Source of the DNA: Camelus dromedarius
Taxonomy: Eukaryota
Assembly (NCBI RefSeq): GCF_036321535.1
Contig: NC_087436.1
Span: forward strand, 114,144,001 to 114,208,000
Length of the DNA: 64,000 bases
Reading direction: 5' to 3'
Made by a program: the position numbers and the translations under genes. Below, in pieces: positions 1 to 12,785 of the stretch (within the stretch, counting starts at the first letter, position 1; the number at the start of each line of letters is the position of its first letter). A model generated the notes under the pieces. That model was not told the origin of the DNA and ran no database searches. It saw only the letters and a list, made by a program, of their open reading frames with translations.

Positions 1-2342
1 GATCCTCTAGTGCCCCCATGCCCAGTTTTACAATAATTGGGCAAATAGAGCAACCAGGACTAAAAACTCAGAACAAGGGCAGGGAAGGAATGAGTAACTG
101 CAAACTAATAATACCATCTATCACAGCACATTAAGCCAAAAATTAGTTTTGATTTGCTCTGGATTGGAGTGAATTTCCTCCAGGTTCTACTTTGGGCTTT
201 TAATTACTTTCCATTGTCATTAATAGTTGCCTTACCAGAAGCATGAATACCCTATTTATCCTCTTATAATACTGGGACAATGCCAGGTAATGCTGCCCAG
301 GCTCAACATAATATTGCAGAAGGAGATTAGGATGGTGTATATATTATTATTTTTTACAGAATTACTTTCAAGACAAACTGAATTTTATTGCCTGAATCAA
401 ATTTTTATGATTTTTTTTTCAGAGAGGGAACAAATAGGTGTCAGCCATCACAAAGTACATGGTGATGACAATTGGAAGAAATCAAACAGATTTTTATACA
501 TGAGATTTAATGCTATCTTTGAATAAGCTTAAGGAGGTTTTTGTCAAGGTCCAAACACATGATTCATCACTGCAGAGTGCAAGAGATGAAATTAAGACCA
601 CTGTGTTTCACTGGAGAGATAAAGAGGCTAACTCTCATCATAACAGCTACTTTTCAAACTCAAGTATCAAGACTGCCTTGGAATAAAGAGATTTGAGGCT
701 TCTTCAAAAATGATTCCACCCTAGAATCCATATGGATCCAACAAAATTGGTTATTACCAATATCAGAGTTTCCCTGAAAAGTGCAACAGGATTGATGAAG
801 ATATGTGTCATAGAAAATAGGAGGTGACTTTTCACTGTGAAGGCTGCACAAGTTCTATTATGCTGGATTAGTCAGTCCTCTCTGGGATGTAGCCTTCTAC
901 AACCCGAGGGCCACCAAGAATGGTCTGATGCTTCTCACTAGGACAGTCAGACTCTCTCAGCCTTTTGGACTGGAGGAGGATTGGTTGTGGGTGATGGAGG
1001 AAAAAGAAGGATTGAGAATTCCTCCTATGTGTTTGGCTTGAACTACAGAATATGATGTCATTTTGCTGAGATAAAAGGAGCTGGTAAAGAAAAATCATAA
1101 ATCCATGGTAAATGTACCTTCCTACTTCTTACTCTATTGAGAGCTAGAAGTTTTGCTTTTCACCAGTCTTGATGATGGACTGTTTGAAATGGAACTACTT
1201 GCCTTTCTGTTCTTCGAGTCTCTTGATGGGACTGCCCATCTGAAACACTCCAGACAATAGTTCTGAATCTTGTTCTCTCTCTTCTCTGCACTCACCAGTG
1301 TCACTTTGACTATTTTTGTGGCTTTATTTTTTTTCTTTTAAAGAAGCTTATAGTGATATTTTTGTCTCACTCAGTTTCAACTACCTCTTCAAGCTGAAGT
1401 GGGTGCATAAATTTTCAAGATGTTATTTCAAAGGCCAGACTTACTGATGGAAAACAGAAGACAAAACAGAAGGTTTCTTTTCATACAAGAAAAGTTATAT
1501 GAATAGAGGTGACATATCTAGATGTATCTAGGACCAGAAGTAGCCTTTCTGTATGGCCAAGAAAAGATAATGTAATTTGAAAAAACTTACAATATCTGAT
1601 TTTTGTTCCCAAATATCAATTCTACTACCTGCTTCACTCACTTCAGTTTTGTTTCTTTAGATCTTGAAAGTCATTCTTAAGTGAATGGGATTTTCCCTTC
1701 CTTGATAATCTCATCAAAAACTATGGTTCAGGAAACTAAATGTTCTTGTAGTGGAACATAAAGTTAGACTAGAAGTTGGGGTCTAACCTTTACTTCTTAT
1801 TATCTAAAACAGTGCCAGGAAATTGGACCACTCAGAGTGAAGGCAAGAAGCAAGATCAAGCTAACAAGTAGTATGACCTCACAATGAAGATATTATTGAA
1901 ATTGGTTTTAAGAGCATTCAGACTTCCCAGGAATTGTCAGTCCTTCATATCCTTCTAAGAACTGGCAGCCCTTCAAGAACAAAAAAGGGAGAGAAGGGAG
2001 AAATATTACAGTAGTCCCACAATGCAACAGAAGTTTACTGTGTTTCACAAAGTTCTTTCTATATGGTAACTAGTTTAAACTTGGCAACAATTCTTTCTGT
2101 GAGAGTTAGAGTGAGAGGAGATTTCAAAGGCTAGAAAAGTCACACACTTATTAGTCATGTAAGTAAGACTAAGACTCAAATTTTTCAATATCTAGGTGTC
2201 ATCACTGTCTCAAGAGGAGAGATGAATGAGCTACAGACCTTGGTCTTAAAGGTTTTGGAGTGTATTGAACTGCAGTTATTTTCAGAGGAGGAGGTAAATT
2301 TACCACAAATTTGAGAGCTACAAAAAAAAAATTATTGAGAGT

Positions 2343-2377
2343 GTATTAGTCAGGATTTTCCAAGAAAATAAAATAGG

Positions 2378-2409
<32 letters not shown>

Positions 2410-2779
2410 TTACAATAAGAAATTAGCTGACTATATTATGGACACTAGCAAGTGAAAAACTTACAGCGTGAGCCAGCAGGTTTGAGACCCAGGAGAGCAA
2501 ATGGTACAGATGAAGTCTGAAAGTGATCTGTTGGAGAATTCTCTCTTGCTCAGAGAAGTTATAATTTTGTTGTTGTTGTTGTTGTTTTTCTATTAATGCC
2601 TTCAACTGATTGGATAAGGCCCACCCATGTTATGGAAGGCAATCTGCTTTACTCAAGTTTACTGATTTAGATTTTTTTTTCACCCAAAAGTACTCTCATA
2701 GAAACACCCAGACTAATATTTGACTGACTATGTGGGTACCCTGTAGCCCAGGAAAGTTGACATAAAATTAACCATCACA
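2343..2779 (-). mobile_element. MLT2-family (ERVL) solo LTR
   Basis: Starts tgtattagtcagg and ends gttgacataaaattaaccatcaca. Internal ccttcaactgattggataaggcccaccca is typical of MLT2. Confidence 0.85.
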
Positions 2780-3759
2780 GGCTGTTACAATAAAAACTGG
2801 TTCATTAAAAACAGAAAGGGGGCCAAGAAAGTCCGCAAAGAAGACTGTAGCAGCTGGAGTTGGTCTAAAATGAACCCAGAATGTACCCACGGGGGAGAAA
2901 TAAGGAGGGCACTCCAAGCAGAGGGAAGACTCAAGGCTAAGAACTAAAACATCAAAGGAGAATTTTTGCTGTGCACCACATAGAGAAAAGCACAGTGCAG
3001 CACAAACACGTGCAATTCCACCTTGGGTGCTGACTGTATTGTAGGGTTGGCCACTCATTCTGAAATGTTCCATCCCCATCAGTAAAATGATGATAACATT
3101 CCCTACCTTATAAAGACGTGATGATTAAAGTGTGGCACAGAAGCTATCACATGGGAAATACCCACTCAGTTATAGTTAATCTAATGACTGCATATTCCTC
3201 AGAGAACACACACCACACAAGCCTCCTGGTTTATAATACGTCCATTGGACATTAAGGCCACAGGTAACATGGAAGATTCTCAAACGTCCTGTCAAAGAAG
3301 CTGATCCTGGGCTTTCAGATGAAAGGCTACTGAAGACTGCAGAAGGCCAGCAAGGCTCAGGAGAGACTCACTCTGCCAGGGACTCCTTCAGAGCTATAAA
3401 TCTACTCCCTCCACTCCAGCCCTGATAACTTTATGTTTAGGAGCTTGAAGATTGCTTTTCTTTTCTCCAGGCCAGTTTTCCCTCTGGATGTGGCAATAAG
3501 TTACTCATTTCAATTGGTGCAGAGCCAGGTCAGAAGACCCTTGACACAGCAGGAGGCAATGGCCTAGAGGAGAATGCGCATCCACGTGAGAAAGCCTTAG
3601 GCATGATGCAGGAAGTGAGCTTAAGAAAACAAAAAACAAAAACAAGATCTCGAGAGTCCAGGTTTCTCCTTTGAGATGGAAATTCCCCCAATACCAGCAA
3701 ACTTAGCCTAGTCTTGGTCTAAACCTTGTCATCTTCCTGACCCTTGCACACCAAACTTT

Positions 3760-4170
3760 TGCAACAACTTCCAGGACCTTATATATTTACTTCTATTTCA
3801 CATCTTCAAATATTTGCAGGTGCGAATCCCTTGGCATGGAACATTTCTCCACCCCTTGCAGTGAATTAACGTCTATGTACCCTTCCAAGAAACACTCAGC
3901 TCAAGCTTAACCCCTCCTCCAGGAAGTTTCCTTGGCCACTCCCCTCCTACTCAGATTCTGACGTCCCACCTCTGAGCTTCATCACCCTACCACTGACAAG
4001 CCCTGTGTTCTCCTGGCACTCCATGCATGTCAATCATCAAATAACCTCAGACTATTTTATAATAATTTATTTCCCTGCCTCTCCCACTTGAGGGAATATT
4101 GCTTAATGACATGAACCAAGTTCCATTAATCTCAGTTTCCTCAATGCCTAGTATAATGCATTCAACATAC
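3760..4170 (+). mobile_element. L2 LINE 3' relic
   Basis: cagctcaag...cctcctccaggaagtttccttg...cctgcctctccc...cctagtataatgc resembles the L2 3' consensus. Confidence 0.6.
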
Positions 4171-4176
4171 ATATGC

Positions 4177-5376
4177 TTTCCTTGAAGATTTATTGAGGTT
4201 TAACTGACCTTCTGCTCTGGGTAAGTCTAAGGTGCACAGCATGATTTGACTTACATACACCATGAAATGGTTATCACAATAAGTTTAGTGAACATTTATC
4301 ATCTCATATAGACACAAAATTAAAGAAATAGAAAAAAACCTTCTGTGACAAAAATTCTTAGGATTTACTGTCTTCACAACTTCCATATATAACATACAGC
4401 AGTGTCCATTGTATTTGTCATGTTGCACAGTTCATCCCTGGCACTTACTTATCTTATGACTGATAGTTTGTACCTTTTGACCACCTTCATCCAATTTCCC
4501 TTTCCCCGCACACCCACCCCTGGTAACCATGAATCTGATCTCTTTTTCTATGACTTTGTTTGTATGTTTGTTTGTTTTTGAAGTATAATTAACCTACAAC
4601 ACTATGTTAGTTCTTGTTATACAACATAGTGAATTTTTTCTATACATTTCAAGATGATCATCATGATAAGTCTAGCTACAATACATCACCATGCAAAGAT
4701 ATTATTTCCAAAGAAAACAAAACAGTAATTGGAAAAGATATATGCATCCTTATGTTCACTGCAGCATTACTTACAATAACCAAGATAAGGAAGCAACCCA
4801 AGTGCCCATCAGTAGGTGAATGGATAAGGAAGATGTGATATAGTCCACAGGGAAATATATTCAATATCTTGTAATAACTTTTAATGAAAAAGAATATGAA
4901 ATGAATATATATATGCATGATTAGTACATTGTACTGTACACAAGAAACTGATGCACTGTAACTGACTATAGTTCAATTTAAAAAAATGTGATATAGATAG
5001 ACAGATAGAGAGAGAGAGAGAATGGAATATTACTCAGTCATAAAAAGAATGTAATCTTGCCATTTGTGACAACATGGATGGACCTAGAAGGTATTATGCT
5101 AAATGAAATAAATCAGACACAGAAAGACAAATACTATATTTCACTTACATGTGGAATCTAAAAAAACAAAACAAATGAACATTTAAAAAAAACAGAAACA
5201 GAGTCACAGATACAGAGAATTAACAGGTGGTTACTGGAGGAGAGGGAGGTATAAGGAAAGAAATAGGTGAGGAAGATTAAAAGATACAAACTTCCAATTT
5301 CAAAATGAATGAGTCACAGGTATGAAATGTGCAGAATGGAATATAGTTGATAATGAAGTAATATCTTTGTATGGTG
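4177..5376 (-). mobile_element. Older L1 3' portion with internal inversion (minus 4177-4704, plus 4705-5376)
   Basis: L1 3'UTR on minus with AATAAA at 4189-4194. ORF2 C-terminus (KDICILMFTAALLTITKIRKQPKCPSVGEWIRKM) and proximal 3'UTR on plus. L2 3'-end-like sequence flanks both sides. Confidence 0.8.
4844..4985 (+). mobile_element. Short L1 3'-end insertion nested in the older L1
   Basis: TSD atgtgatatag at 4833-4843 and 4986-4996. L1 3'UTR tail ending in an A-run. Confidence 0.8.
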
Positions 5377-6469
5377 GCATATTGTATTCAATATATTTTT
5401 TAATTGATGGATAAAAGGACAGATGTATAGAAGGAAGGGAGAGTGGCAGGGAGAAACTAAAAGAGGAAAGAAGATAAGAGAAAAGGATGAATCTCTCAAA
5501 TCTCCCCTCCTTCCTACAACCCACTACAGACAGACCTGGGTTCCCAACCAGTTTCTTCTTATTCAAGTGATCTCCATCTTGCTTAGTGGAGCCACATCAC
5601 TGGAAGTTTTCTCAAGCCTATAATTTACTCTAAACAATCACCTCTTTAGACAGCTTTTGATATAATATTGCAGAAAAAGCATATGTTTTGGACTCTTCCA
5701 GACATCTGTCTAATCCCTCTCTGCTATTTAAAATCTTTCTTATGTTAGGAAAGTTATTTCACATTTTTGCCTCATTTTCCTCATCTGCAAAACCATTATT
5801 TATTACACCCATCTTGAAAATAAGAGTAAAAAGGACAAGAGGAATGTTTGGGTTGTGGGGACATTTATTACGACCTAAAACAATCAGCAGGGGATCTCTC
5901 AACCCTTGAAGTCAGTTTCATTCACTTTTTGAAAACCCAAGGAAGCTTTATAAGTAAACATTGTAAAAATATCTTCTGCTTCTCGCAATCACACACCTAG
6001 TGCACTAATAAAATTAGACCTCCTCTTGGCTCAACTTATGACTCCCTCAGCTTAAATATTTCCTGCTAAATGGATCTTTTAAAAGTCCTTGGGAAAAATA
6101 TTTGCATTAAATATGCCAAGAAAATAAATACATACCTACAGCTTAACAAGAGCAAATTCAAATTAGTGAGAAAAACATCAAGTTCACAATAAATAGGCAG
6201 TGCATATTCAGTACCTGCTAGAGGCAGGCAATCAGCTACAAGATCCAACAGAGCAGAGCACCAAACTCGGCTCCACCATCACACACCTGACCTACAGAAA
6301 GTTATTTAATTTCTCTCAGCCTCAGTGTCCCCATCCATAAAATAGAATCAACCACAATATCTTCAAAAGAAAGGCTGAAGATTAAATGAAAATTTGCACT
6401 AAAACCATGGCCAATTGTCTAGAACACAGTAAATGCCCAATTACTTGTAGCATTTTTAAAATTTTTCAT

Positions 6470-7340
6470 AGAAATGATAAATTTCCCTCATATTCAAAGA
6501 TAAGAAAATGTAAATTCTAAAGAGATCCCATTTATACCTACTATATTAACAGCATTTATTAAAGTGACAATCCCCACTGCTGGCAGAGTAACTGGGAAAC
6601 TGGTCTGTTTATACTTTTCTGAGAGCAAGGCAAATGGTTTCAATCCTTTAAAAACAAAATACACAGGTGAGAGTCCTACAGAGATTTCAAGAAATATTTA
6701 TAGCCTTTCACCCAAAATTCTACCCCTGGTTATTTATCCTAAAACAGGAATTTTCAGCTTTCTTGTAGAACTCTGAAGCTAACTCTCAGAGGTAGAGAGG
6801 CAAGTGAGCTCTATTTTTGCCCATCATGTATATTTCAAGTCTGTAATATTTTTAGGGGGAGAGATAATTTAATTTTTAAAAAAGCATTTATCCTTTGCAA
6901 CAGTTGTCCAAAGACAACAATCCAAAAGGAAAAAAAAAGGTCATAAACACAATGAATTTTAACTAAGCAAAGAATTTCTGTGATTGAAAAATTGAAACGT
7001 TGAAAAATTGAAAGGTGACTAAATATCTAACAAAGTGTAAAAATGTAAATGATGGTTCACTTGATAAAATGCCTTGCAATTTTAAAAAAACAATCAACAT
7101 GAAGACTATATTCTAACACAGTAGCAGGAATAGATGCAGGAGGAGTGGAAGGAAAGCTAAGGTTTTAATATTTATTGCTGATTATATGTTGTACATGAGC
7201 TAAGCACACGTATAGGATGTGGGGAAAGCCTGTGGTATCCATTATGCGAAAAAACCAGAATTCAATGCACTGTATATCCATCATCATTATGACTTTAACC
7301 AGACTTTAACCTCGTGGCCAGGGACTATAAGAGAACTTAA
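6470..7340 (+). mobile_element. Highly decayed L1 (L1ME-like) fragments
   Basis: ccatttataccta...ttcacccaaaattctacccctggttatttatcctaa resembles the ORF2 3' end of old L1M families. Confidence 0.5.
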
Positions 7341-7639
7341 AATAAATACTTGATTTTCTAAGATGCAGAGGTGAATTGTTCTCTTTCTTTCTTCTCTTTC
7401 CTTCTAGTTCCTTTAATATTGGTTTCATAATAAAAGAAAATTATACTCCCCTTGGAGAAGAAATTTGTAACAAAATGCCAAAATTTTCAGTTTGAAAGAG
7501 AACAACCAGAGGGGCTTTCCAGTTTTCCAAAAAACACCTGATAGAGAGATTGTTGAAAATAAGCCCTTATATATTAAAAAAATATTTTGTTTAAATTAAT
7601 AGAAGCACACCAGTTCCAAGACTCCAAACAGAAACTGAG

Positions 7640-8005
7640 AATCACAGCAGCCTCCCAGCTTCCATGTCTGTCCTCCTCCAATCAATTCTACTCGGCAGCC
7701 AGAGTAACCTTTTTAAAACCCCTGATGACATTTCCAAAGGCTTCCCATTGCACTTATAAAATAATCCAAGCTCCTTACCAAGACCCAAGTTTCCCTCCCT
7801 GGCCTAGCCTTCATCTCTCTCCTTCCCGTCTCTTCCCCATTTCTCCTTCCTAGCCTCCCTTGGGTTCCCCCGTGTTCTATCTACATTTGTCTCATTCTTC
7901 TTTCTCAAGATGCCATTTGAATCCACCTCGGAGCCTTTGCACTCTCTCTTCCATTGTTTTGAACACTTTTCCTCCTAAGATTTTTCTCCAAACCAGGTCT
8001 TTTTC
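7640..8005 (+). mobile_element. L2 LINE relic (target of the KLHDC1-like insertion)
   Basis: gcagccagagtaaccttttaaaa...aaggcttcccattgcactta...cacctcggagcctttgcac. Confidence 0.65.
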
Positions 8006-8408
8006 TTTTTTTTTTTTTTATGTTGAAAAACTGAGGAAGTTTTATGGATTAACCAACACAAATGATGCTCAGTATCCATTGTGAATTAATGAGGAATTGA
8101 CTTTTTAATTTCTAGTCTGTGTTCTGTGGCCAGATGGGATAGACATTAAATGGAAAGAAGTTATGTAAATTCATCCATGAATTTAAGAGTGTTTTAAAAA
8201 TATTCATTAGATGGGATTAGTAAAATCAAAAATTTTTTAATGTAGGTAGGGCAGTTTTTCTTTTGAGATGATCAAAAAATCTTTTATTTTGACTAGCGCA
8301 GTAATTAGATTTTTATATTTTTTCCCTTGAGAAAATCGCAAACATTGGCCATGGCATACTTAACACCAATAGCTGATGATACTCTTTTCCTATTTGGTGG
8401 ACTAAGTT
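8006..8408 (-). mobile_element. L1-mediated non-TE retro-insertion (poly(A) plus TSD) inside an L2 relic
   Basis: Poly-T at 8000-8019. Variant poly(A) signal CATAAA on minus at 8041-8046. Degenerate TSD tccaaaccaggtctttttc (7987-8005) / tccaaacagggcctttttc (8409-8427), 16/19 identical. Confidence 0.7.
8329..8407 (+). pseudogene. KLHDC1: Short decayed fragment of a kelch-domain gene, KLHDC1-like, within a retro-insertion
   Basis: 8331-8407 translates as ENRKHWPWHT-(1-nt deletion)-TPIADDTLFLFGGLS. This matches my recollection of KLHDC1 (ESPKHRSWHTLTPIADDKLFL.GGLS), and the kelch LFGG motif is present. Identified from memory, not by search. Confidence 0.75.
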
Positions 8409-8439
8409 TCCAAACAGGGCCTTTTTCATCTCTCAGATA

Positions 8440-8815
8440 TCTAACAAGTAATTATTGAAAGGTTGGACTCTTACAATGTACCAGGCTGTGTATTCAGTGC
8501 TAGTGGTCAGCAGTTTATAGGACCAGACCCAGCGCTCAGGGAGATCAGGACCCTTTGGAGCACTCATGAGGAAAACAAGCAAGCACAATTCACTGTGATA
8601 CATGCAGGAGAAAACAGGAGATGTGGCAGGGGAGTTGGAGCTGCAGAACCAAGATTTGCAGGATCAGGGAAAAAAACTTCAGAGGAAGTAACATCTAAGC
8701 TGAAAGATGAGCAAAAGGTAGCTACAGAAGTGGTAGGCAAATTGTCCCAGCCACAGGGACCAAGAGGAAGTGTGTCTCATTCAGGAACTGTGAGTGGTTT
8801 GTCTCTAGAACATAA
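8440..8815 (-). mobile_element. L2 LINE 3' relic
   Basis: caatgtaccaggctgtgtattcagtgctag...cagaggaagtaacatctaagctgaaagatgag. Confidence 0.6.
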
Positions 8816-9437
8816 TGGGTTCACCCAGAATTCTGCATACACAGGTAGAGGAGCTCTTAGGCATCTTATTTAAAAGGTAGGGATTCGGGGATCTCAGACA
8901 AGGATGCTACATTCACACAAGGGTCAATTTCTAACAAAGAAATGATGTGCTGCTATCCTCATAGCTCTAAAAATACCCACTGATTTTCCTCCCATCCAGG
9001 TTTCTTAGGAAAGTGGTGGTGGATCCTAAGGTTTCTAAATGGGATCCTAATGGCTCCTTTCTCCTTCTAGACTAATCGAGCAAGTCTGGGTCAGTCCACT
9101 CACCCCAACTGCCTCAGAGATAAGAAAGCCCAGGAGCCCCAAGGGGATTAGATTTTATGCTCAAGCACACTTGGACCCCAAAGGAAAAGAGGACAAAGGC
9201 TTGACCATGGACTTTGAAAGACCCTGCACCCCACCCAGCTCAGGTGCAGCTTCTGAGCTGTGTAGGGAGGGGACTTGCTATAGGACTGAAAGTGTTTTTC
9301 TTATTTTCTTACCCCTATAGGCTAATACTAAAATGAAAGGTAGATTGGGGTGAAGTGGAGAAGAGGAATAACCCACCATCCCAACAGGAGGCAGCCCCTG
9401 GGAAGAATCTGAAACGCCAATAACCTGGTCCCTACCC

Positions 9438-9809
9438 TACTATTTTATCCAGAGCTACTATAACAAAATGCCATAGGCTGGGAGGCTTAAACAAGAAACA
9501 TTTACTTCTAATTGTTTGGGGGCTGGAAAGCCTGATATCAGGGTGCCAGCGTGGTCGGGTCCTGGTGAGAGCTCTCTTCTTGTCTTGCAGACAGCTGCCT
9601 TCTTGCTTTATTGTAACATAACAAAAAGAGGGAGAGTAAGCCCCTTGGTCTCTTCTTATAGGGCGCTAGTCCCATTATGCGGACCCCACCACCACAACCT
9701 CATTTAAAACCTGAGTGTCTCCTAACAGTCTCAGCTTCGAATACATCGCATTGTGGGGATTAGAGTTTCAACCTATGAATTTTGGGGGCACACAATTCAG
9801 TCCACAGCA
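9438..9809 (-). mobile_element. MLT1/MST-family (ERVL-MaLR) LTR
   Basis: gctactataacaaaatgccataggctgggaggcttaaacaa...atgaattttgggggcacacaattcagtccacagca. Confidence 0.85.
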
Positions 9810-11473
9810 CCTGCTGACTCTGACTCTCTTGGGAGTTCTTCGTTTCTTCCCTGTTCTGTTCTTTCCATCCCCTCCCCCATCAAATAAACAATACAACACA
9901 AATAACAGCTACTTACAGTTGTAAAAACACGTACTTTCTACCAGATGCTGTTCTAGAAGCTTGATGCATTAACTCTTTTCATTCTTACTCATGTCACATG
10001 TCAAAGAGGCTGGAACCATTATTATCCCAGTTTTACAGATCATAAAACTGAGAGAGAGGTTAAGAAACGCCAACAAGGTCAACCAAACAACCCCGCTACA
10101 GAAGGAATCCTAAAGATGCAAGAGACAAATAGGTTTGGGAGCCCCAGACTGAAATAAGGAGGGCACTGCAGGCAGGGGAGAGGCAGTGAGTGGGTGTGTG
10201 GCCACATGGAAGCACGAAGCGGGTTCAGGGGTGAGTGCGGATGCCCTAAGCCCTCTGGACCTCACCTCGTCTGACTGCACATCCTTCCCAGTGCCTTGCA
10301 CGGGCTCAGTGCACAGTGATCAAATGAGTCAGTCATCAGATATGGAATTCAAACTCTGAATTTTCAGAGCTCCTTCAGGAGGTCCTGAAAATATCCATGT
10401 CCTGAAAATAATTTTTGACTCCTCTCATTTGTAAAGTATCTGAAAATTAAAACCTATTAACAAAATGGATAAGGAGGAAGACAGGTCAGCTTGAAGGTAA
10501 TCTCCAAGGAAGTTTGTTCATTCAACTTTTAGGGAGGGTGCATCCACATTTGCAGAAAGGAAATTTGGTGGCAACAGTCTTGGGGACTGTTGATTTCTGA
10601 GACGTGATAATTGGTAAAGGAGCATTTTGTGAACGCTGCTTGAAACAGAATTGTCAGGGGAGGAGCCCCTGCAATTATGGCCACTTTAGATAAAGGATCT
10701 ATATTCAAAGGCATCATTGTGAAGATTCAAACGAAGGGGTAGAATTAGTGAAATAATAGAAGTTAATTTCTATTTTCCTCTATCTGAGTGAATGAGGCAT
10801 ATAATTAAGTCAAATCACCTTCAGCCACTTACACATATGCTGAGCACGTGTGCACGTGCACACACACACCTCCCGTGCCTCTTTTGTGTCTAAATTTACA
10901 GCTCCTCGCACCAGAAAATCATCAATACAAAAATAATGTTTATATAAAAAGAATCACCTTTTTTTTTAATTTTTGCATTCACCACCATTTTGTGGCTTGG
11001 CCAGTTCCTTTATTAGAAACCCCTTTATTGTTACCTCATGGTAACAATGGTGATTGTTAAATCACTCCTGTTGATTCAGATGGCAGATGTGGATCCCAGT
11101 CCCAACTACACCAAAATGTACTATGTAATCTTACCCTGGTCCTCAACTCCCTCACCACACAGCTGCAAAGATAATATGGAAAGGAGCAGTGCTTTATTCT
11201 ACATAAAGAATGCAGATTTTCCCAATGAAGAACCTACCAGCTAATGTAAATGAAGATGAAGACACCATATCTCATTGCTGCGTGACTGCCTAGACTAAAA
11301 CACCTTCCCTGCGGGGAAAATGTCCTTCTTGTCTGCCCATTTGTTCAGCTGGACCTTCAGCTCCTGCACATTCCTGAATCAAAGTATCTGGCAAAGTTTC
11401 TAGCTCCTGAGCCCCCAGGGGGTTGACGAAGACCTAGAACTCTGCCGTGGGCAACACAAGCGCCTGTCTTTCT

Positions 11474-11615
11474 CAGGGCTGGGGCTAGGCTGAGGCAAGT
11501 GAGGCACCTTGGGGGCAACATTTAAGGAGGGGCCCACTGTCAGGTCACGTAAGTGCCAGGTCCTTACATTTTATACCCCAGGTACCTCACTTGCCTCACC
11601 CTTGTTTCTGTCCTG
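11474..11615. mobile_element. Palindromic hAT MITE (MER96-like)
   Basis: Inverted termini cagggctggggctaggctgaggcaagtgagg / cctcacttgcctcacccttgtttctgtcctg. 8-bp TSD gtctttct (11466-11473) / gtctttcc (11616-11623). Confidence 0.82.
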
Positions 11616-11761
11616 GTCTTTCCCCAGGTTTTGAAAATTTTAAGCCTTGAGTCAGTTTTCTTACTGTAATATCCCCTAGTGCTTTGGAAGGAATTACCAC
11701 TTCCCTCTACAATGTTCGTCTCCCTTCTCAGAAGGTTTGGCTAATTTCCAGCATTTTAATA

Positions 11762-12459
11762 TTTTTTTATTTAAGTGTATTTGATTTACAACATTGTGTT
11801 AGTTTCTAGGTACAGCATAGTGATTCAGTATTTTTTACATATATATATATGTATATTCTTTTTCATTATAGATCATTAAAAGATATTGAATATAGTTCCC
11901 AGTGCTATATAGTAGGATCTTGTTGTCTATTTTTTATATATTAGTTTATATCTGCTGATCCCAAACTCCTAATTTATCCCTCCCCCTACCTTTCCCCTTT
12001 GGTAACCATAAACTTGTTTTCCCTGTCTGTCTGTTTCTCTTTTGTAAATAAGTTCATTTATTTCAGTTATATCATTTTATATCAGTTATATCATTTTATA
12101 TCATTTATATCATTTTTCATATATAAGTGATATTCTATGATATTTGTCTTTCTCTGTTGGATTTACTCCACTTAGTATGATCTCTAGGTCCATCCGTGTT
12201 GCTCAGATGGCATTATTTCATTCTTTTTATGGCTGAGTAGTACTCCATTTGTGTGTGTGTGTGTGTGTGTATGTATCACATCTTCCTTATTCAGCCATCT
12301 GTGCATGGACATTTAGGTCACTTCCATGCCTTGACTATTGTAAATAATTCTGCTATGAATATTTTGGTGCACGTATCTTTTGGAATTTGAGTTTTCTCTG
12401 GATATATGCCCAGTAATGGGATCGCTGGATCATATGGTAAGTCCATTTTTAGTTTTTTA
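11762..12459 (-). mobile_element. Older 5'-truncated L1, 3' part (host of the full-length L1)
   Basis: L1 3'UTR and ORF2 C-terminal homology. It contains a (TG)n tract and a short ~9-10-bp-unit tandem repeat at 12063-12120. It continues collinearly at 19568. Confidence 0.88.
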
Positions 12460-12785
12460 GTTTTTTTTTTAACATTTTTTATTGATTTATAATCATTTTA
12501 CAATGTTGTGTCAAATTCCAGTGTTCAGCACAATTTTTCAGTTATTCATGGACATATACACACTCATTGTCACATTTTTGTCTCTGTGAGTTATCATAAC
12601 ATTTTGTGTATATTTCCCTGTGCTATACAGTGTAGTCTATTCTACAATTTTGAAATCCCAGTCTATCCCTTCCCACCCTCCACCCCCCTGGTAACCACAA
12701 GTCTGTATTCTCTGTCTGTGAGTCTATTTCTGTCCTTTATTTACGCTTTGTTTTTGTTTGTTTGTTTGTTTTTGTTTTTGTTTTT

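Noticed and set aside
8463..8873. 136-aa ORF next to the KLHDC1-like fragment
   Set aside because: It lies outside the TSD, in an L2 relic, and has no kelch similarity.
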